Positions 57,815 through 64,000 of a stretch of 64,000 nucleotides of DNA are shown here, one piece after another. Origin of the DNA: Thermoanaerobaculia bacterium (lineage in GTDB: Bacteria; Acidobacteriota; Thermoanaerobaculia; Multivoradales; Multivoraceae); contig OY761158.1 in assembly GCA_963664405.1 (NCBI GenBank), positions 5,088,001 through 5,152,000 of the forward strand, given 5' to 3'. Both the position numbers and the translations under genes were made by a program. The stretch's first letter is position 1. The number at the start of each line of letters is the position of its first letter. The notes below the pieces were generated by a model. The model did not search any database. It had not been told where the DNA came from and saw nothing but the letters and a program-made list of their open reading frames with translations.

Positions 57815-60116
57815 CTATTGCTTGGCCATGGCAATCTTGAGCTCCAATGCGGGGTCGTAATAACCCTTGCCGTCGGTCGTTACTGTCACACGGTCGATTT
57901 TTTCCGCTGAATTTGAAAGGTGATGAATAATCATCCACAACCGGGGACTGGCTGTTGTATCCGCAGCAGAAGCCGCTGTCCGCCAAGTGGTAGCGAACAC
58001 CGATCGTGCGCGGAATTCTCCCCTCGCCGACCTTCTTCCCATTGATCAACAACAGCCCTTGTCCACCGGGACCGATGCCTTCGACACTATCTTTCTCAAA
58101 CCTGAATTCTAGTTTCACTGCTCCTGACGGGATGACATCACTGGACACCATTCGGTGGCGTTCCATGTTCAAGAAGTTGTAGGCGTAGCGGAGCCGTTGG
58201 TCTTTCACATAGAACGTGTAGCCGCCGTATCTTCCTCCGTGGCACAGTAATACCCCTTCAGCACCGTCCGGTGGGATCTCCACCTCGGCCACGATAGTGT
58301 GAGACCGATTCTTTACATTAACCGCGACTCCTTCACCAATGGGCGCTCCATCGGGAAAGTAGATGTACTCCTGTTTATCCTCATAAGGCTTCGGACGTGG
58401 CTCGAACATACGTTCCATCGCCCTATCGTCCAAAGGCAGCACGTTGTACCGCCCTGCCTCAGCCCACCACAGGTCCTGCAATTCTCGAAGCCTGTCCGGG
58501 TACTCGCCCGCCAGGTCTCTATATTCTGAGAAATCCTCAGCGACGTGGTAGAGCTCCCAGACGTCATCATCAAATGACCTACCTTCCAGTCCGCGAATCG
58601 GAGCGGCTTTACGATGCCAGGTGACGGCCTTCCATCCACGGTGATAGATGGCCCGACATCCCATCATTTCGTAGTATTGAGTCAGGTGACGCCCGTCGGC
58701 TTCGGCCTCATCCAGTGAATAGCCGAAGCTTGTTCCTTCCAACGGTTTCTGGGCATGGCCGTCGAGATCGTCGGGTGCCTGCAATCCCAGCAACTCGAGC
58801 ACTGTTGGTACCAGATCAATGGCGTGGACGTACTGTCTTCTCATCTCTCCCTTTGCCTTGATGGCATTCGGCCATTGGACAATCATGGGGTCCGCTACGC
58901 CGCCCTCATGGGTCTCGGTCTTCCAGCGTTTCAGCGGCGCGTTTCCTGCCCACGTCCATCCCCAGGGATAGTTGCAGTAGGAATCGGGGCCGCCGAGCTT
59001 GTCGAGCTCGGCAAGGTTCTCATCGAGGGTAAACGGAACGGCATTGAAGAGCCGCGCCTCGCTGGTGGACCCGTCGGGCCCTCCTTCAGAGCTGGCTCCA
59101 TTGTCAGATACCAGCATGATGAGGGTGTTGTCGTATTGATCGATCTGCTTTAGATATTCAAGCAGTCTACCGATATGGAAATCCGTGTGCTCCAGAAAGC
59201 CGGCGTAAACTTCCATGAAGCGAGCGTAGACCCTTTTCTGAGTGCCAGACAAAGTCTCCCAGTCTTGAACCCATTTAGGCCGGGGCGGCAGCTGGGTGTT
59301 TTCCGGGATAACCCCATCCCTTAACTGACGTTGATAGATCTCTTCCCGCCATTTCTCCCAGCCGTGATCGAATTTCCCGCGATATTTTTCAATCCACTCG
59401 GCGGGGGCCTGGTGAGGAGCGTGCATGGCACCCGGTGCGAAGTACATGAAGAAGGGTTTGTCCGGCTCCACGTTCTTGAGGTCTGTAATAAACTCCTGGG
59501 CCTTCTCAACCATATCTTCCGTGAGGTGGTAGCCCTCCTCGGCGGTTCTTGGCGGCGTAACAGGATGATTGTCGTAGATCAGATTGGGGTCGAACTGATC
59601 TGAATGGCCGCCCAGAAAACCGTAAAAACGTTCGAATCCGCGTCCCAGGGGCCAGCGCTCCTTGGTGGCGGCCATATTGGTTTCCTCGTCCGGTGTCAGG
59701 TGCCACTTCCCGAGGGCAAAGCAGGAATAGCCTTCTTTTGACAGCGTCTCGCTGAGAAATCCGTTTTCTTTTGGGATGGTGCAGTTGTAGCCAGGGTAGC
59801 CCGTGGCGAACTCAGTGATGCAAGCCATGCCGTTGGAATGGTGATTGCGCCCCGTCAGTAAACAGGACCGGGTTGGCGAACACATGGCGGTGGTATGGAA
59901 GTTGGTATACATCAGACCTTCTTCGGCCATGCCATCCATATTTGGAGTGGCGATATCAGACCCATAGCAGCCCAATTGGGCAAACCCAACATCGTCAAGC
60001 ACGATGAAGAGGATGTTGGGTGAACCGGCGGGAGACTTTGGAGGCGGGTCCCAATGGGGTTTTGACTCTTCTCGGAGTCTACCGATTATTGCTTTGACTT
60101 CGGCTTGCTCTTCCAT
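57815..60116 (-). CDS. Cytoplasmic arylsulfatase (AtsA/AtsD-like) with a homopolymer frameshift near the 3' end
   Basis: LDDVGF, CSPTRSCLLTGRNHH, GKWHL, HAPH, SDNGAS; natural tail KIDRVTV..AMAKQ* is in another frame after a 6-A run at 57898-57903. Confidence 0.88.
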
Positions 60117-60385
60117 TTCCGCTCCTTCTCAATCGAGGCACTGTCAGATGTCGCTCGGCCAGGCCTGACCCCAACCGCCCCGCAGCTGCTCCGCGAGCCT
60201 CTCCTCCAGGGCGCCATGCTCGGTCCGACCGGCGATCGGTGCCGACAGATCCTTCGACTCGCTCATGTCCTCGTCGGCATCCTCTTGCTCGAGTGGGCTC
60301 TTGGGGCTCGTGCGGACAATAGACGGGCCCGCCTGGACTTTCAAGCGGACGCGCGAAGATCGGGTGTGAGAGTGTAAGGCACTGC

Positions 60386-61801
60386 ATGAGAACCCTGATC
60401 GGCTCCCTCTTCCTGTCGGCCGCCGCCGCATTCGCTGCGCCGCCCAACGTCCTCTTTGTCAGCGTCGACGACATGAACGACTGGGTAGGCGCGCTGGGCT
60501 ACGAGGCTGCGCACACGCCCAACATCGACCGCCTGGCGGCGCGCGGCACCCTGTTCACCAATGCGCACGCTCCCTCGCCCAAGTGCAATCCTTCTCGCAC
60601 CGCCATCCTCTCCGGTCTGCGGCCTTCGACCACCGGTGTCTACGGCAACGGCGAGTGGTGGAGGCCCAATCTTCCCGACGTCGTGATGCTGCCGCGTTAC
60701 TTCAAGGACAACGGCTATATCGCGGCCGGCGGGGGCAAAGTCTTTCATCACACGTCGGGCTTCAATCCCCCGGAGTCCTGGGACGAGTACTTCGACCTCG
60801 TAGACGACCTGAAGAGCGAAGGATTCCTCGTTCCCTATCGCCGCCCAGACCACATTTCGAGCTTCGACTGGGGACCGTTCGACAAGACCGACATGGAGAT
60901 GGGCGACGGCGCTACCGTGCGCTGGGCCGAAGAGTTCTTGCGACGGACGCACCCGCATCCCTTCTTTCTTGCCGTCGGGCTTTTCCAGCCGCATCTACCC
61001 TTCTATGCGCCGCGTGCGCACTACGACGCGGTCGGTCCCACGGGAGCGCCCATCCCCGAGGCGAAAGACGGTGATCTCGACGACGTGCCGCGAGCGGGTC
61101 GCAAGATGGCGGCCTCTCGCCGTAATGACCTCGAGCTGATCGAAGAGCACGGCGATCTCGGCGACGTCGTGCGCTCCTACGCGGCGGGCATTCGGCATGC
61201 CGACGCGCTTGTCGGCCGCGTTCTCGATGCTCTGGATGGGAGCAGGTACGCTGAGAACACCATCGTCGTCTTCTGGTCCGACCACGGCTACCACTTCGGC
61301 GAGAAGCGCCACTTCGCCAAGGACACACTGTGGGAGCGTGACTCCCACGTTCCGCTGGTAATCGTCGCCCCCGGTGTCACCGAGGCTGGCACCAAGAGCG
61401 CCCGTCCGGTGAGCTTGCTCGATCTCTACCCGACCTTGGTGGATCTCTGCGACCTACCGAACCGACCCGAGCTCGAGGGCGTCAGCCTGCGGCCACTACT
61501 CGAGAGCCCCTACCGCGAGTGGCGAAGACCCGCGCTCATGACCTTCGGGCGCGGCAACCACGCCGTGCGCTCGCAGCGTTACCGCTACATTCGCTATGCC
61601 GACGGTGGCGAAGAGCTCTACGATCACCAGCATGATCCGCACGAGTGGACCAACCTTGCCGGTACCCCTGCCTACGAAAGAGTGATTGCCGATCATGCCC
61701 GCTGGCTGCCGCAACGGAACGCACCGGGTGCGCTGCTGAAGTCTGCTTTCCATTTCGATGCGCAGAGCTACACCTGGCGCCGCAAGGCGGGAGAAGGGTG
61801 A
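60386..61801 (+). CDS. Secreted sulfatase (iduronate-2-sulfatase-like)
   Basis: VDDMND, CNPSRT, GKVFH, PHLP, WSDHGYHFGEK. Confidence 0.9.
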   Translation: MRTLIGSLFLSAAAAFAAPPNVLFVSVDDMNDWVGALGYEAAHTPNIDRLAARGTLFTNAHAPSPKCNPSRTAILSGLRPSTTGVYGNGEWWRPNLPDVVMLPRYFKDNGYIAAGGGKVFHHTSGFNPPESWDEYFDLVDDLKSEGFLVPYRRPDHISSFDWGPFDKTDMEMGDGATVRWAEEFLRRTHPHPFFLAVGLFQPHLPFYAPRAHYDAVGPTGAPIPEAKDGDLDDVPRAGRKMAASRRNDLELIEEHGDLGDVVRSYAAGIRHADALVGRVLDALDGSRYAENTIVVFWSDHGYHFGEKRHFAKDTLWERDSHVPLVIVAPGVTEAGTKSARPVSLLDLYPTLVDLCDLPNRPELEGVSLRPLLESPYREWRRPALMTFGRGNHAVRSQRYRYIRYADGGEELYDHQHDPHEWTNLAGTPAYERVIADHARWLPQRNAPGALLKSAFHFDAQSYTWRRKAGEG

Positions 61802-63426
61802 GGACCCTAGACCAGCGTTTCCAAAGTTCGTGCTGCATAGCTCGAGGTCATTCTGTTCGCTGGCTAGGCGCGCTGACGCAGGCATATTGGGCAATATGTC
61901 GAGGAGGCGAAACGACGCCAGCGGGCAGAAGGGCCCGAGATATGTGCGCGAACTTTGGAAACGCTGGTTTAGGGACGCTAGTCGTCGCCCTCGCGCTCGC
62001 AACTGCGGCGTTTGCCGACCGGCCCAACTTCGTCTTCATTCTCGCCGACGACCTGGGTTGGCGTGATCTGGGTGTCTACGGCAGCCAGTATCACGAGACG
62101 CCCCATCTCGACCGGCTGGCGGCGGAGGGTGCCCGCTTCACCGATGCCTATGCGGCGGGCAATTCGTGCTCGCCCACGCGGGCAAGCATACTCACCGGCA
62201 GGTATCCGGCGAGAACGCACCTGACCGATTGGATCCCCGGGCGCACCCCTCCGGGGGCAAAACTCTCGATCCCGCGTTGGACCAACTATCTGCGGCACGA
62301 AGAGACGACCATCGCGGAAGTGCTCGCCGATGCCGGCTACGTGACCGCCGAGATAGGGAAGTGGCATCTGGGCAAGGAGGGCTGGTGGGCGGAGGACCAT
62401 GGCTTCGACGTGAGCATCGGCGGCAGTCATGTTGGAGCGCACGGCAGCATGTTCCCGCCCTACTGGCCAGCCGACAAGGCTCATCGGCTTGGGTGGCGGC
62501 AGTTCCCCGAGGAGGACCGCGGCGAGTACTTGACCGATCGCCTCACCCGCGAGGCGGTTGGCTTCCTCGACCGCCACGGCCACGAGCCCTTCTTTCTCTA
62601 CCTCTCTCACTACGCCGTGCATACTCCGATTCAGAGCCGCCCGGAAGTCGCTGCAAAGTATCGCGCGAAGAAGGCGGTGGGACCCCAGAAGAACCCCGAG
62701 TACGCGGCAATGGTCGAAGGGCTCGACACCAGCGTGGGCACGGTGCTGACAAAGCTCGAAGAGCTGGGGATTGCGGACCGAACGGTGGTCGTCTTCTTCT
62801 CCGACAATGGCGGGCTGTCGAGAGGCAACACCCTCACCTCGAACGAGCCGCTGCGCGGAGAGAAGAGCACGCCCTGGGAGGGCGGTGTCAGAGTGCCTCT
62901 GATCGTCAAGTGGCCTGGGGTCACACGACCCGCAGCTGTGATCGAAGAACCGGTGACGAGCGTCGACTTGTTCCCGACAATGCTAGGTATGGCGCGTCTC
63001 GAGGTCGGCGACAACATCGACGGCCAAAGTCTCGTCTCTCTCCTGAGAGGCGACGCGGACTTCGAGCGCGGGCCGATCTACTGGCATTATCCGCACTACA
63101 ACGCCCACACGCCGGTCGTCACCTGTACGCCTTACGGTGCGGTGCGCGAGGGCCGCTTCAAGCTCGTTGAGCTCTACGAGGACGATCGTGTCGAGCTTTA
63201 CGATCTGCGTGCGGACATCGGAGAGACACGCAACCTCGCCACGGCGATGCCCGAGAAGGTGAGTGAGCTGCGTCGCAAGCTTCACAACTGGCGCGAATCG
63301 GTGGGTGCGCAGATGCCCACGTCCAACCCGAGTGCCGACCCGGCGAAGTACCGCGAGTACAAAGAGAAGCGATTGTGGAGGCCGGTGGGGCCCTACGATC
63401 AGCAGACCTCGTTCGACGTGCCGTAG
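61798..63426 (+). CDS. Secreted sulfatase (arylsulfatase A/GALNS-like) with an in-frame palindromic insertion in its signal peptide
   Basis: GTGA-coupled start at 61798 (alternative ATG 61942); ADDLGW, CSPTRAS, GKWHLG, HTPIQ, SDNGG, EGGVRVP. Confidence 0.88.
   Translation: MRTLDQRFQSSCCIARGHSVRWLGALTQAYWAICRGGETTPAGRRARDMCANFGNAGLGTLVVALALATAAFADRPNFVFILADDLGWRDLGVYGSQYHETPHLDRLAAEGARFTDAYAAGNSCSPTRASILTGRYPARTHLTDWIPGRTPPGAKLSIPRWTNYLRHEETTIAEVLADAGYVTAEIGKWHLGKEGWWAEDHGFDVSIGGSHVGAHGSMFPPYWPADKAHRLGWRQFPEEDRGEYLTDRLTREAVGFLDRHGHEPFFLYLSHYAVHTPIQSRPEVAAKYRAKKAVGPQKNPEYAAMVEGLDTSVGTVLTKLEELGIADRTVVVFFSDNGGLSRGNTLTSNEPLRGEKSTPWEGGVRVPLIVKWPGVTRPAAVIEEPVTSVDLFPTMLGMARLEVGDNIDGQSLVSLLRGDADFERGPIYWHYPHYNAHTPVVTCTPYGAVREGRFKLVELYEDDRVELYDLRADIGETRNLATAMPEKVSELRRKLHNWRESVGAQMPTSNPSADPAKYREYKEKRLWRPVGPYDQQTSFDVP
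61807..61972. mobile_element. 166-nt palindromic MITE-like element, same family as 32361-32527
   Basis: CTAGACCAGCGTTTCCAAAGTTCG / CGAACTTTGGAAACGCTGGTTTAG inverted ends; shared core AGGCGC..GCAGGCATA..TGTCGAnGAGG..AACGnCGCC. Confidence 0.78.
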
Positions 63427-63692
63427 CTGCGTGACGATCGACGGGCGGAATGAAACCGCCCCCAAAACCGCCTTCGCTGAGTGCCAGCCGAAGGGAATTG
63501 ACGCCGAGTGCGGCCGCCGCGTCTTCGGAATATTCGGGCGGCGCCATAGCAGCCGTAGGCTGGAAGGGCAGGCGCATCCAAGGCGCCAACGCCCGGCTTC
63601 GTCGGCTGCTCCGGCCGCTACTTGGAGAAATTTCGAGCTGCTATCATGCGAGTCCTCAACGTAGGACGAGCTGGAAACTAGATGAGAGTTGG

Positions 63693-63779
63693 ATGGGAGT
63701 CGCAGTTTTGGCGTTCGCGGCGGTCACCGCGCCGGCCTCAGGCCAGGATGCGGCAGGGTTGACGAAACAGCTAGCAAAT
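63693..63779 (+). pseudogene. N-terminal remnant of an 'LAKQLANP'-type secreted/outer-membrane protein
   Basis: Signal peptide then QDAAGLTKQLAN; similarity stops there. Confidence 0.4.
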
Positions 63780-63880
63780 CGATCGCTCGGCGTTCGGTCG
63801 ATGCCGATGCTGCTTTCGCAAGTGATCCCCTCAGATCTGTCGAGTCGGTGGCGCACCGCGTACTGAAGAGGTGCCTGGTG

Positions 63881-64000
63881 ATGCGTATTAGTTTGAAAGA
63901 CGTCCTTGCGTTCGTCGCCGTCGCTCTTGTTCTCGCTCTTTCGGGCGCCAGTAACGGTCTCGCTCAATCCCTGGACGATGGCCGCCCCGGCCCCGAAGGC
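63881..64000 (+). CDS. Secreted protein, 5' end only (runs off the window)
   Basis: GAGGTG RBS; MRISLKDVLAFVAVALVLALSGASNGLAQ signal peptide. Confidence 0.6.
   Translation, partial: MRISLKDVLAFVAVALVLALSGASNGLAQSLDDGRPGPEG

Noticed and set aside
60144-60266. Short ORF MSESKDLS.. at the edge of the low-GC segment
   Set aside because: Possible truncated gene start, but no recognisable motif
1-64000. tRNA, rRNA, CRISPR array, integrase or transposase
   Set aside because: None recognised by eye

Overview
High-GC bacterial DNA. The gene content (acidobacterial-type VWA protein, carboxypeptidase-regulatory-domain TonB receptor, eukaryote-like Ser/Thr kinases, many sulfatases) suggests Acidobacteriota; this is inferred, not tested. 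The left third (1-27.6 kb) is a periplasmic catabolic locus: four PQQ-type dehydrogenases (one fused to cytochrome c), a DUF6152-like protein, three paralogous uncharacterised secreted proteins, three sulfatases, an ECF sigma/FecR pair, a TonB receptor and a divergent wHTH-TPR regulator, interrupted by two toxin-antitoxin pairs. The rest is a mosaic of transport, metabolic and signalling genes, with more TA-like pairs, three more sulfatases and many short gene remnants. No rRNA, tRNA, CRISPR array or intact transposase was seen. The most notable observations, none shown by the ORF track: (1) a cNMP-domain/Hfq(Sm)-like fusion directly upstream of pilT; (2) an identically spaced 31-bp motif upstream of the ECF sigma, the Tat sulfatase and the TonB receptor, a probable ECF regulon; (3) a family of ~166-nt palindromic elements, one inserted in frame into a sulfatase signal peptide; (4) an ArsM-like methyltransferase with a probable selenocysteine UGA and SECIS hairpin; (5) the PQQ-dehydrogenase/DUF6152/paralogue operon. 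All family calls come from motif recognition by eye, without database searches.
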